Assembly: GCA_026770705.1 (NCBI GenBank)
Contig: JANJGN010000052.1
Span: 3,658,001 to 3,722,000, forward strand
DNA from: Isurus oxyrinchus
Lineage: Eukaryota
DNA length: 64,000 nt
Direction of reading: 5' to 3'
Positions 11,255-24,049 of this stretch are shown in pieces. Positions within the stretch are counted from its first letter, which is position 1, and each line of letters starts with the position of its first letter. The position numbers were made by a program, and so were the translations under genes. A model generated the notes under the pieces. The model searched no databases and was not told the DNA's origin. It saw only the letters and a list, made by a program, of their open reading frames with translations.

Positions 11255-11526
11255 CCAAGACCTTTAGAGATTTAAAGAAATAAATTAAAATATTTGTCAT
11301 CAAAATAAAAGATTTTAAGCACATACATAAGACTACAATGACTGCTATAATAACTCCTAAAATTCCTAATTAACCTGACTCCCAGTTACACTCCCTTTAA
11401 GGCAACAGACCAAAAATAGATGTTAGATTTAAAACAAACTCAGCAAGTTAACACAATGCCCTGGACAGTGGAATTCCAAATGGATTTTCCCCAACTTCAG
11501 TTCTGTTGGATAGCAGGTTGTGCACA
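11255..11526 (+). mobile_element. Fragment of the LTR-like element found whole at 27231-28156
   Basis: Strong similarity to 27365-27650. Confidence 0.7.
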
Positions 11527-11744
11527 AACAGGGTCCTGAGGACCATCAGCCAATGTAGAATGAACTTGTCCACTCCTGTGTCCAGGATTCTCTTCCATCC
11601 ATTGTGATACCTTGTGGAGTTCCTTGTGTGTCCTGTAGATGGTCCAAACTGCAGCCACTGTGCCCCAGTGATGGAGGGGGTGGATATCGAGTCTAGTGGA
11701 TCTACGAACCATCCAGAGTTTAATATTGATATTTCTCTCCCCAG

Positions 11745-12122
11745 TTGGACTGTCACAAGAGTGGAAAGGTGACAGTCCCCGAGAGGTGACAGCGCAGGAA
11801 GGTTCATGTGTACAGATTCCATGTCATTACAGTTACTCATCACATTTGGTAAAGAAAACACATGTCGGAATCTGGTATATGAGGAGGTACATACAGAACA
11901 AATGGTCTAAATGGTCTATAGCCTTTCACTCCAAGGATCACAGTCACGAGTTACCACGGTTCCACCATCGGACACGGCTGTCTGGAGACCTGAAAGATGG
12001 CGACTGTTCCCTGATTATAAACAACATCAGACGGGAAGATGAAGGACCTTATTTTTTCAGAATAGAATTTGACAATGGTCCGAGCCATAACTATTACCCT
12101 GAAACCCAGCTTCAGGTTTCTG
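11745..12122 (+). CDS. Gene D V-set domain 1 (Siglec sialic-acid-binding type), open frame
   Basis: 378 bp, phase 1/1; EGSCVQIPC, GIWY, GDCSL (E-strand Cys) and GPYFFRIE with the essential F-strand Arg. Confidence 0.92.
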
Positions 12123-12384
12123 GTAAGTGCTGTGTTATAATTACTCAACAATTCACATCCAACACTCAATGGGAAATAATAGTGTTTGATTTGCTTGTTT
12201 TTTGGCCATGTTAACCAGCGTCACTATTTTTAATGATTTGTCTATTTCTGCTCCCAGATCCATGATCTTATTGTGTGTGATTGAATCCACATCATAGCTG
12301 TAACATAAACCGAGCTGAGGGGTGATGACACATCCCCCCTGAGTGAAGTGTCTCCTCCCCACTACACCTTCCACCCCTCACACT

Positions 12385-13996
12385 GTCCGTGTAAACCCCC
12401 GTCCCATCTCCAGCCTCTCTTTCCCCTCCAAAGTCCTTGAACGTGTTTCCATCTCCCGAATCCGTCCCCATCTTTCCCGGAACTCCATGTTTGAATCCCT
12501 CCAATCAGGTTCCCACCCCAGCCACTGTGCTGAAACAGTTCTTATCAAGGTCACAAATGGCATCCTGTGTGACTGTGACAAAGGTCAACTTTCCCTCCTC
12601 GTCCTTCTCGATCTGTCTGCAGCCTTTGACACGCTCGACCACACCATCCTCCTCCAACACCTCTCCACTGTCGTCCAGCTGGGTGGGACTGCTCTCCCCT
12701 GGCTCCATTCTTATCCATCTCATCGTAGCCAGAGAATCACTTGCAATGGCTTTGCAGCATCATCTGAACAGTGTTAGTTTTCACCTGTCCACTGAGGATC
12801 CCCAGCTCTACCTCACCACCACCTCTCTCGACTCCTCCACTGCTGCTAAATTATCAGGCTGCTTATCCGACATCCAGTACTGGATGGGCAGAAATTCCCT
12901 CCAATTAAATATTGGAAAGACTGAAGCCATTGTCTTCATTCCCCGCTCCAAACTCTGTTCCCTCGCTACCAACTCCATTCCTCTCCCTGACAGCTCTCTG
13001 AGATTGAAGCCAATCTGTTCACAGCTTTGTTGTCCCATTTGATCCTGAGATGAGCTTCCGGCCTCATATCTGCGCCCTCACTAACACCGTCTATTTCCAC
13101 CTGCGTAACATCGCACGACGTCACCCTGTCTCAGCTCATCTGCTGCTGAAACCCTCATCCACACCTTCATTACCTCCAGACTCGACTGTTCCAACACACG
13201 CTCTACACTCCATAAACTTGAGGCCATTCAAAACTGCTGACCACGTCCTTACTCACACCAGGTCCCGTTCCCTTATCACCCGCTCTGCTCGATGACCGAG
13301 ACTGGCTCCTGGTCAAGCAAAGTCTCAATGTCCAAATTTACATCTTTGTTTCCTCACTATCCCTGTAATCTCCTCATCCTCCTCCAGTACCTACAACCAT
13401 CCCATTCTCTGTAACCTCTTGAAGTATCTACCGCTTCCCTATATCTGCAAATTGATCCTGCCCAACAAACCTACCAATCTCTGCAACCTCCTCCAGCCAC
13501 TACAACCCTCCCTATTTCTGTAACTTCCTCCTGCCCCTAAAAGCTTCCCTATCTCTGTAGCCTGCTCCAGTCCCGACAACTTTCCCTGCCCCTGTAACCT
13601 GCCCCAGTCACTACAACCCTCCCTACCTCTGCAAACTCCTCCAGACCCTACACTCTCCCAATCTCTCTTAACTTTTCCAGCCCCTACAAACCTCCCTATC
13701 TCTGTAACTTCCTCCTGCCCCTAAAAGCTTCCCTATCACTGTAGCCTGCTCCAGTCCCGACGACGTTCCCTACCTCTGTAACCTGCCCCAGTCACTACAA
13801 CCTTCCTTCTCTCTGTAACCTCCTCCAGCCCCTCCAACCCTCTGAGGTCTCTGTGCTCATCCAATTCCAGCCTCTTGACCATCCCCCGATCCCATCACTC
13901 CAACATCGGCGGCCATGCCTTCAGCTGCCTGGGGCCCGAGCTCTGTAATACCCTCCCTCAACCCCTCTCCGTCCCTCTCTCTCACTCTCTCCGTCC

Positions 13997-14030
<34 letters not shown>

Positions 14031-14225
14031 ATCTCTATCTCTCTCTCTCTCACTATCCATTTCATCCCTCTTTGAAGATTCTCCATAACACCGACCTCTT
14101 CTGGTCAGCTGTCGCTAATATCTCCACATGTGTCTGGGTGACATACTTTGTTTTATGACACTCCTGTGTAGCACTTTGGGGTGATTTGTCATGTTAAATT
14201 TGTTGTGTAAATATAACTTGTTGCC
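12385..14225 (+). mobile_element. L2-type LINE RT fragment with 37-bp internal repeats and 3' end
   Basis: 'ETVLIKVTNGILCDCDKGQLSLLVLLDLSAAFDTLDHTILL' and 'LQLNIGKTE' L2 RT motifs; duplicated at 29190-30380. Confidence 0.85.
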
Positions 14226-14769
14226 CTTTGACCCTCGACCCCAGCTCGAGTCTTATTTTAGAGGGAATGTACAACCTCCTTAGATTTCTGACCAAAATGT
14301 CATTTGATTATTTTTATTGAGCGAATGCCAAGCCCCGATACCGAGCGAGAGCCTCCTCATTTGCTGAGTTTAAGGTGTTGAGTCAGCCCCTTAGTCCGTA
14401 GAGGGGATTCTCCTCAGTAATGTGCAGCCTTGTTTGTGTCTCTCCACAAGCGCATGAGGGGTTTGTACAGAGGCTGCAGCGCTGGAGGGGGTCTGCACAG
14501 GGGTCCTGGCCTGTCCTGAGCCGGTTTTAGCAAGGACCACTCTGGCCTTGGCAGCTGAAAGCCAGCCATTGGACAGACGGGGCCTGTCACAAGGAGCCTG
14601 TTAGTCACTCCCCCCCGTGTCTCCTGTGCTCGGATCCAGACCATGTTGGCTGGTGGACCTGGCTCAGGAAGAGTCCTCCCCATGGGACCCCCAGATGGAA
14701 GGTGGGTCGAGCGGGTCAGTCACTTGCATGTTTATTCTGCAGCTTTAATATTTTAAGAAGGTAAGAATG

Positions 14770-15480
14770 TAGGAACATAAGAAATAGGGACAGGAGCAGG
14801 CCATTCGGCCCCTCGAGCCTGCTCTCACTGATCTGGTTGTGGCCTTAACTCCATTTTCCTGCCTGTCCCCCAAACCCTTGACTCCCTTGTTGATCAAAAA
14901 CCTGCCTCACTCAGCCTTGAGTCTATTCAATGGCCCAGCCTCCACTGCTCTCTGGGGAAGAGAATTCCACAGGCTAGCGCCCCTCTGAGAGAGGAAATTC
15001 CTCCTCATCTCAGTCTTAAATGGGAGAGCCCTCATTCCGAAACTGTGCTCCCTGGTTCTAGATTCCCCCACGAGGGGGAAACATCCTCCCAGCATCCACC
15101 CTGTCAAGCCCCCTCGGAATCGGATATGTTTCAATAAGGTCACCCCTCATTCTTCTAAATTCCAATGGATACAGGCCCAACCTGCTCAACATTTCCTCAC
15201 AGGACAAACCCTTTAATCCCAGGAATCAGCCCAGTGAAGCTTCTCTGAACTGCCTGTACACAATGTTCGTGTTACAATCTCACTAACGCCCTGTGCAGCT
15301 GTTGCAAGACTTCCCTCCTTTTATACTCCATCCGTTTGCAATAAAGGCCAACATTCCACTTGCCTTCCTCATTCCGTGGTGTTCCTGAATGCTGACTTTC
15401 TGTGATTCATGTACAAGGACACCCAGATCCCTCTGTACTGCATTCTGCAGCCTGTCTCCATTTAAATAATATTCTGCTTA
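14770..15480 (-). mobile_element. CR1 LINE 3' fragment
   Basis: 'FKTEMRRNFLSQRGASLWNSLPQRAVEA' motif; duplicated at 30520-31240. Confidence 0.85.
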
Positions 15481-15618
15481 TCTATTCTTCCTGCCAAAAT
15501 AATTTGTTGCCATTCTCCTCAGTATTGACCATCCCCCCAATTCAGCCTCATCAGTAAATATCGGGTTCAGTGGATCCATAAAACATCCAGAGTTAAATAT
15601 TGATATTTCTCTCCCCAG

Positions 15619-15984
15619 CTGAACCCTCACAAGAGTGGAAAGGTGACACTCCACGAGAGGTGACAGCGCAGGAAGGTTCGTGTGTACAGATTCCATGTCA
15701 TTACAGTTATCCATCGTGTCTGGAAAACCAACCACGAGGTGGAGTCTGGTTTAATAATGAGGAACGGAGAACATTGTCTATAGCCTTTCACTCCAAGGAT
15801 CACAGTCACGAGTTACCACGGTTCCACCATTGGACCCGGCTGTCTGGAGACCTGAAAGATGGTGACTGTTCCCTGATTATAAACAACATCTGACGGGAAG
15901 ATGCAGGACCTTATTTTTTCAGAATAGAATTTGACAACAGTAATAGTTACAGCTACTATCCTGCAACCCAGCTTCACATTTCTG
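15619..15984 (+). pseudogene. Gene D V-set domain 2 with premature stop
   Basis: 366-bp exon; TGA at 15891-15893 where the three paralogous V exons have AGA; YFFRIE retained after the stop. Confidence 0.9.
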
Positions 15985-16711
15985 GTAAGTGCTGTGTTAT
16001 AATTACTCAACAATTCACATTCAACACTCAAGAGGAAATAACGCAAACTGTGACGTTTACATATTAACACAAAACACAGTTTATTATAACACACTGTCTG
16101 ATTCTCAATAACCTGGTGATAGCTTCCAGTTCAGTCCTAAAGCAACCTCTAATACTTGTTTAATATCAATGATTAAATGTATTGACTGTGTCCATCAATG
16201 TTATCAGGTTATCCACTCGCGTCGATCTCTCTAATCCTGTCTCGAAGTCTGACATATCGACAAAAGAAAGATTCACATTTCTATGGAGCCTTTCACCACC
16301 TCAATATGTACCAAGTCACTTCACAGCCAATGAGCTGATTCCTGAATTGTAGTTACTGTTGTAATGTGAGAAACACAGCAGCCAATTTGCGCACAGCAAT
16401 CTCCCACAAATTGCAAAGTAATAAATGGCCCAGATCGCTGAGGGACTGATGGGGTAGTGCACTCCAAACTCTGGTCTGCTCCTCCACCCTCACCCACTAT
16501 TATCACTTCAAGTGTCTCGGAATGAACGTGTATTAAGCTGAGAGACAGAAACACCAAAGTCTTAAAGCAGGAAATTCTCTCCTGATCGTTGTAACCTCTC
16601 AGTTCTGATATCATCCTTGTAAAAGTGCTTTCTCTTGTGGGACTGTGATTTCTCTTTGAACTAATGCTTCACGTTATATTTCTCTAAAAGGATCCATTCT
16701 CTGTCTGTTAG

Positions 16712-17007
16712 AATTCACAGATAAACCCACGATATTCCCTGTGAAATTATTGCAGGAAAGCGTGTGGATGTAAGCTGCACCTTCAACACAACGTGCAATG
16801 GAACAGCAGCACCTGTCTTAACCTGGGACACTCCCACTGACGTACCTGGATCAGTCTCAAACACTGTAACTCAGCATGGTGTCACTCTGACCTATACTTC
16901 TGTTCTGACCCTGACCCCATCACTCAAACACCACGGACACACTCTCAGCTGCAGAGTGAGATATCCATCTGTTTCATCGGAGCGGACCCTCGTACTAACT
17001 GTACAAG
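16712..17007 (+). pseudogene. Gene D C2-set domain exon with 1-bp frameshift
   Basis: 296 bp versus 297 bp in gene E; CCT GTGAAA versus CCT GCT GAA at ~16741 leads to an early TAA. Confidence 0.88.
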
Positions 17008-17345
17008 GTAAGTACGGACACCCTTCATTCTACATCAGCACTCCCTCAGCGCTGACCCTCTGACAGTGCAGCCCGTTCTCAGTGTCCACATTCTCATGCC
17101 TCTCAAAGTGCTTCACAGTCGATAGAAGTTAACTGATCTTTATTTGATTGTTGCTGAATGAAGAGACAAGCTGTTTAAACTTTAAATCTCACACACATTA
17201 TTTTCCATGGCAACACCTCCACCTATCAGAGACCACTTGCCAACCAATCAGCACTCTCTTCCCTTTAAATATAAATTGTTGTTCACTCTCTGTTGGTAAA
17301 CATGCGATCTGTCTTGTTGAGTCCTGCCCTGATATCTGGATATCA

Positions 17346-17483
17346 CAATGAACAGAACAAGTTCCAACAATGAGCTGTGGTTGGTGATTCCTCACGTTAA
17401 ATCCAGGGACACTGGAGACTATCAGTGTGTGGCAGAGAATGAACATGGAGCAGTGGAGGGGTTCATAACCATCACTGTGGAAT
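17346..17483 (+). pseudogene. Gene D 5'-truncated DAPQN-type Ig exon
   Basis: 3' half (MNRTSSNNELW...ITITVE) and donor intact; acceptor remnant at ~17128-17145 is followed by ~200 bp of unrelated sequence. Confidence 0.85.
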
Positions 17484-19166
17484 GTGAGTGCACACAGATT
17501 TCATCATCTGTCTCAGATTGAAACATGACACAAACACACACAAATATACAGACCTAAATAGACACCTGCAGATACACAATCCCTCGTATATGAGCACACA
17601 CAAAGACACCAACAAACACACTAGCACAATACTCCCCAGTGGGTTACCTGACCTCCCTCAGTGCTGCACCGGAGAGTTGACCTGGATTCTGAGATTTCTG
17701 TTCCCTTTCATGTTTATGGAAGAATATGGAAATTGCAAAGTCTATTACAGACACTCAGATGCATAGAGACACTCACAGATACTCTCTGTCTCTCCAACTC
17801 TCTATCCTCCTTTAAGAAGCTTCCTGAAACCTAACCCTTTGACCAGTCAATTGTCCCAACTCCTCCTTACGTGAATCTGTGTGAAATTTTGTTTGAGTAT
17901 CTGAGAGTAAGAGAGAGGTGGAGAGGTTTAGGAAGGGAATTCCTGTTGGTGAAAAGCTTACATCATATTCTCACTTTTCCACTGCCCGTATTTCACCTGA
18001 TGTCCAATGTCCTTGTTTATAATAGGGATTGCCTATGTAAACGTCACGCTGTAGTTACACTGTACCACCAGTGGTGCACAGTAGAACTTAACCCTTGCAT
18101 CTCTCAGCTTTTCAAGCAAATCCACTTCCCAGTTTGCCTCACAAGCTGTGAGTTCATCGGAATTAAATTATTTCTCAAACGGTAGATTTGATGTCATTTT
18201 ATTGAAAACTTCCTCAGTGCCTCCCTGAAGGGTTTACACTCTCTGGGAAGCAGGAATAGGCTGGATGTTGGGGAGTTCATCTTTTCCCTGAGAGTAGTGA
18301 TCCTCGGGAATGTGCTGTCAGTGGGTGTGGTGGTTGCTGTTTCTCTGTCGCCTTCAAGAGGGATCTGGAGTGGTTACTGACTGGGGGAGAGATCATGGAA
18401 GCGGAGAATGATACAGCACAGGAGGAGGCCATTCAGCCCATTGAGCCTGTGCCAGGTCTTTCAATGTTCTATCCCATCAGATCCACTAACCACCACTCCA
18501 CTTTGCCCCCATCTTCCTCCTTCAAGTGTTTATCCAATTTCCCTTTCGAAAGTTCCTATTGAATCTGCTTCCACCGCCCTTTCAGGCAGCACCTTCCAGA
18601 TCACAACAACTCGCTCTGTCAAAACAAATTCTCCTCATCTCCCCCTCCGGTTCGTCAATCTGTGTCCCTCTGGTTACCGACCCTCCTGCCCCGTAAATAC
18701 ATCGATACTGTTCACCTCAACCACTCCCAGAGGGAGCGAGTTCCACATTCTCCCCTCTCTCTGGGTAAAGATTGGAACTGTTTATTAAGCGGGGGGTGTA
18801 AGTCCATGGGGGAGTCCATCTCGATCCTGCCCGATTCGCACACACGTCCGAGATGGATTTCCATCCTTCACAAAACGTTTCCAGAATTTTCTACAGCACA
18901 ATCCTGTACACAGCGATGGAGAGAAACATTGGACAGGGAGTCCAACAGCACAATGATCCATTCTCACCAATGTTCCACGCTAAGGGGAAAGTTCCGATTG
19001 TCCACTCTTAGAGTGTTTACAATGAAAACATTCATTCCACATTGAATCCCAGTGGATGGGTCAATATTACAGCAAATGTTGCAGTGATATGAAGCTTGAT
19101 TGTTCAGCCAGAGTGAGAGATTGAAAGCGGAGAGTCAGTGATGATTTCTTTCTGTGTGTTCTCTAG

Positions 19167-19306
19167 ACAGTGGAGGAGAGATTCTGCACGTGATCCTGAT
19201 CCTGGGAATACGAGCTGTGATATTCCTTGTGGCTGTGGTTATCACTATCGCTGGAGTCTGTGTCTGGGAGGAACAAACAGTGAAAGGAAGTCGACAGACT
19301 GTTTGA
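19167..19306 (+). CDS. Gene D transmembrane exon with intramembrane Arg and short Tyr-free tail: SGGEILHVILILGIRAVIFLVAVVITIAGVCVWEEQTVK(GSRQTV*)
   Basis: ttctctAG acceptor at 19165-19166, phase 1; long hydrophobic run broken by one R; possible degenerate donor G|GAAGT at 19287; read-through stop at 19304-19306. Confidence 0.75.
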
Positions 19307-19329
19307 AGCATTGTACAGCAACAATCTCA

Positions 19330-19935
19330 TCATGGAACAGAAGAACGGCATTTGGCCCATCGACACCATGCTGTCTCTCTGTAGAGCAATCCAGTCAGTT
19401 CCATTCCCCCACTCTATCCCTGTATCTCTTCAAGTTCATTTCCCCTCAAGTGTCCATCCAATTTCCTTTTGAAATCGTTCATCGTCTCCGCTTCCACCAT
19501 CCTCGTAGGCAGCGAGTTCCAGCTCATTACCACTCGCTGTGTTAAAAGGTTCCTCCTCACATCCCCCCTCTGCCCAAAACCTTCAATCTGTGTCCCCCAG
19601 TCCTTGTACCATCAGCTAATGGCAACAGCTTCTCTTTGTCTACCGTTATCTAAACCCATCATCATCTTGTACACCTCGATCAGATCCCCCCTCAATCTCC
19701 TTTACTCCAAGGAGAACAACCCCAGCTTCTCCAACCTAACCTTGTAGCTAAAATCCCTCATCCCTGGACCCATTCTGCTCAATCTCCTCCCCACCCTCTC
19801 AAGGACCCTCACTTCCTTCCCAAAGTGAGGAGACCAGAACTGGACACAATACTCTAGTTGTCACCTAACCAGAGCTTTATAAATGTTCAACATAACCTCC
19901 CCGTGTTTGTTCTCAATCCCTCGATTTATGAAAAG
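19330..19935 (-). mobile_element. CR1 LINE 3' fragment
   Basis: Antisense CR1 ORF2 end and 3' UTR, similar to 14770-15480 and 18405-18780. Confidence 0.7.
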
Positions 19936-20074
19936 CTTATTCTTTCCATCAGCACAAACAGCAATTTCCAAGCGGACTCCCATCAGCAGACAGAGTGCAG
20001 TGAAACATCGGCATGCCTGCTTCTTAATGTACGGAGAGAAACCTGGAACGAGAGATTCTCCTTCTTCTCCTCAG

Positions 20075-20295
20075 CAAGCTGAAACTTTTCCTTATACCTG
20101 GTGCTCCCCAGTCCTGCTGTGTGGACACATCATAACCACGGCATTATCTGGCTGTGTGCAGCCAACATGGTCGAATAGGAATGAACAGAACTGTGACGTT
20201 GCTAAACTCTGTTCTCTGATTGGAATGTGCTTTCTGAATACTGCACCTTTTTCGTGCTGCGATAGATTGTAGGAGGCATTTGGGTTATGAATAAA
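20075..20295 (+). other. Gene D probable terminal exon (A-S-stop) and 3' UTR with polyA signal
   Basis: ctccttcttctcctcAG acceptor, CA AGC TGA; UTR homologous to gene E UTR 42790-42930; AATAAA at 20290-20295. Confidence 0.55.
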
Positions 20296-20649
20296 ATTAC
20301 ATTGATTAACTCAAGTGATTAAAATGCTCAGCCTGTTCTGTAGATATTTATAGATTAAAATTCTTATTTTGCAGCCAAATTCTTGGCTCAAAGACATTAC
20401 TTCATGTTGTCACATTTTCTCCATCATATGAATTCCATTGCCCATCTTTATAATAGAAATTTCCAATGTAAACATGTCACATTGTGGTTGCACACTCCTG
20501 CCAGTGGTGGTGCCATTCCAAAGCTGTCTTGCTGCACAGACACAGTGAGAATTATTCTCGACGTGTACATGATGTTGTTGTTACACAGACATCAGGCGGA
20601 ATCTTGGGCAGTGCCTAGAATGCACTTAGGACATTGCGGACCACACTCA

Positions 20650-21705
20650 GAACTGACAGTGCAGCGTTTCCTCAGTGCTGACCCTCCGTCAGTGCAGCGC
20701 TCCCTCATTACTGTCCCTCTGACAGTGCTGCACAACCTCATTATTGACCCTTTTCAAGTGCAGCACCCCGTCAGCACTAACCTTCTGACAGTGCAGCATT
20801 CCCTCATGGCTGACAATCTGACAGTGCAGCACTCCCTCAGTACTCACCCACCCACAGTACAGCACTCCCTTAGTACTGATTCTCTGACACTGTATCCCTC
20901 CCTCACTACTGACCTTCCGACAGTTCAGCACTCCCGTGGTACAGACTCTCTGACAGTGCAGCACTCCCTCAGTACTCACCCTCCCACAGTGCAGCACTCC
21001 CTCAGTACTCAACCTCCCACAGTGCAGCACTCCCTCAGTACTCAACCTCCCACAGTGCAGCACTCTATCAGTACTCACCCTCCCACTGTGCTGCGCAAGT
21101 TGTTTCAATCAAGACTGGTGCCCAAAGAGGGAGGTTTCATTGCTACATCATTGAAATCAGTGAAAATTATTTTTAGGCTTACGGGAACAAGACTTAGTTC
21201 CCCAAATCCTTTCTTTTGCAATAACACACAGTACAAGAATCTCTGTTTAAATAAATTCCAGTTAAACTTTGCCATGAAAGGATATCTGCTCTTACTCCGC
21301 TCTACCTCAGTATTAACCATCCCACAGTCCGGCACCCCCTCAATACTGAGCCTCCGACTGTGTGGAACTCACTCAGTACAGACACGCTGACTGTTCAGCA
21401 CTCCCACATTACTGACCATCTGATAGTGCAGCACTCCCTCATTACTGACCCTCTGACAGTGCAGCACTCCCACATTACTGACCCTCTGACAGTGCAGCAC
21501 TCCCTCACTACTGTCCCTCCTACATTGCAGCACTCCCTCATTACTGAACCTCTGACAATGCAGCACTCCCACATTGCTCACCCTCTGATATTGCAGCACC
21601 CCCACATTACTGACCCTCTGCTAGTGCAGCACTCCCTCAGTACTGACCCTCCCACAGTGCAGCACTCCCACAGTACTGTCCCACTGACAGTGCAGCACTC
21701 CCTCC
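20650..21705. repeat. 33-bp satellite (CAGTGCAGCACTCCCTCAGTACTGACCCTCTGA); also at 10-120, 10135-10315, 39000-39390, 42205-42395, 52540-52905, 54890-55000
   Basis: 11-aa periodic ORFs (VQHSLSTDPLT / SVLRECCTVGG). Confidence 0.9.
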
Positions 21706-21929
21706 GTAATGATAACAGGGATCGTTGAAATGAATCATAAGGCCAGAGACCTGTATTGGGAACTCTTATCGCCTGAGTTTCAGCCTCCGAGGTGAGGGGG
21801 AGGAGTCTAATCCCACGGAGCCAATGGAGAAGCTTCATGACTATAGATGCCCATATATGAGCTGACAGATCATCAGATGGTAAACGTTTTGCTGAGAGCA
21901 CAAAACATCCTCGATCTTCTCACTGATTA

Positions 21930-22072
21930 CCCACTTCCTCATTTTGTCTCACAGTGACACATCCACCCTTTCTAATTAAACATACAGAGGGAGCAGCACA
22001 GGAAGAGGTCATTCAGCTCAAGCAGAGCGTGTGGGCAGTTCCTCTCCAGACGAGCAGTCGGACGGGTCCTGG
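21930..22072 (+). promoter_or_regulatory. Gene E promoter and non-coding exon 1
   Basis: CACTTCCTCATTTT at 21932-21945; donor GT at 22073. Confidence 0.65.
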
Positions 22073-22522
22073 GTAAGTAACGGAACGATTGGAATTCACT
22101 TCCATGACCAACACTGTCCTTTGTTGATGTTGTGACTTTATAAAGACAGATTCCAATGATTGATACCTTTGAAAGATTTCTACTGATTATTGAGATCAGG
22201 GTGTGAGGCTCAAGTCTGTTGTACAGAACATCTTTCTAGCTCAAGGGATGAGGGAATTGCAGAGACATGAGCTTTGGGACGTCTTGAGGTGGTGAAAGGT
22301 GCAATAGAAATGCAAATCCTTCAATGTTTTTCTTTCTTAAAGCCTTGTAACTCTCTGCAGAGTACCTATCATCCCACAGAGAATTAAATTAGTCTGTCAA
22401 GACATTGTCCAAAAGCAGTTCTGATCTCTTGAGAGCTGTCGGACAAGAGGTGAGGTCTATTTAACTCCTTTCTCTTTCAGAGTTTGAGAGTCAGAAGCTT
22501 ATGAAGTATCTGGGAGTGGACA

Positions 22523-22562
22523 ATGATCGGGAAATCTTACTTCCTCCTGTCACTTCTCCAAG
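22523..22562 (+). CDS. Gene E leader exon MIGKSYFLLSLLQ
   Basis: ATG 22523, donor GT at 22563, phase 1. Confidence 0.85.
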
Positions 22563-24049
22563 GTAATATCATCGTCAGCTTGGACAGATTTATGGTTAAT
22601 AGTCTTTGTAAAAGATCATTCTTATTGAGCTGTGATTGGGAAACGATTCAGCAGTGAGCCAGTGTACAAACACAGAGCAAGTCCCATTCACCCATCACCC
22701 CTAAGCTCACTGATATACACTGACTCCCTGTCTGACAGCAGAATTGGAGGAGAGCAGAGGTCTTAGAGGGTTTTAGGGTTGGAGGAGGTTACACAGATAG
22801 AGAGTGTAGAGGGGGGATGGTGTGGTAAGAAATCGATGATGAGAATTTGAAATTTGAGTCATTGCTGTACTGGGAGTCAGTGTAGGTCAGTGAGTGACAG
22901 GGGAGCGATCGGCTGAATAGAGAATCAGGGATAAAAACTGGGGGTTGAGGTCTATCCCGATGCTAGGACACGGATAACAATGCCCTGAAATTTTGTGTCT
23001 TTTGCTGATCTAAGTCAGGACTTCCCATGAAGACAACACATCAGCTCCTAGAATAGACAGGCTGTTCAGTGTCACACTTCCTGTCCATTCTCACCTTGCT
23101 AGATACTTCAATAAGGGAGCAAGATAACTGAAAGAGAGAAGGAAGGTAAAGCTGTCTGTGTGTAAAACTGTCAAATATTCTGAGTTATCATAATTGTCTC
23201 TGACCTGCTGCAGAGTTTAAATTTCACAGAATCTGAGCACTTTGCAGCTCAGAGAGAGACCATTGACTCACTGCCTGAAAGGCCGGTGGAAGCAGATTCA
23301 ACAGGAACTTTCAGAAGGGGAACTGGATAAATACTTGAAGGGGACATTTTGCAGGGCTGTGGAGGAGAGAGCAGAGGTGAGAGTGGGACTAATTGGACAG
23401 ATCTTTCAAAGGCCCAGCGCAGGCTCGATGGACCAAATGGCTTCCTTCTGTTCCAGATCATTCTACAATCTGACAAATTAAGCCCCACATCAATAACTCT
23501 TCAGCCTCCCGCTGCAGGGATGGATCTTTGAGAAGGAGAGGGAACAAGAGGTTTCTGGTAACATTTTCATAATTCTTGACAATTACATAAATGTATAGAT
23601 CTGTTGAATATTTAAGTCTCTAAAGCATAGAGGTAATTTGCTGTTACGCCCAGGTCTTGTGGTGGGAACCTTGTCTGGAGGTGTCTTTAATTGCTCACAT
23701 TGATCTGTGGGATTGTCATTCTTCGATGTTGCCCCTTGTTTCAATTGGCATTTTACCCTTGATGCAACTGGGGAGGCTTTAAACTAACATGGCAGGGGAT
23801 GGGATCCCAAGAAGAGGTTGACCAAAGGGAGATGCACAGCCAAAATTAGAAGAGAGAGCAAATGAACGTGGAAGGCAGAGAAATTATTGGCAGAAGATAG
23901 AATGGCAAAGTTGGATTGCAATTATTTTAATGCAAGGAGTCTGACAGACTTGCATTCTCCTGCAGGTGTAATGTTGCAGCTCCCATGAACCTGCCAATAT
24001 TGTTGAATCTGTCTGCATATTTCAATGTTATGTCATGAACTGAGCTGAT

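Noticed and set aside
20383-21728. 335-aa and other VQHSLSTDP / VLRECCTV ORFs
   Set aside because: Translations of the 33-bp satellite
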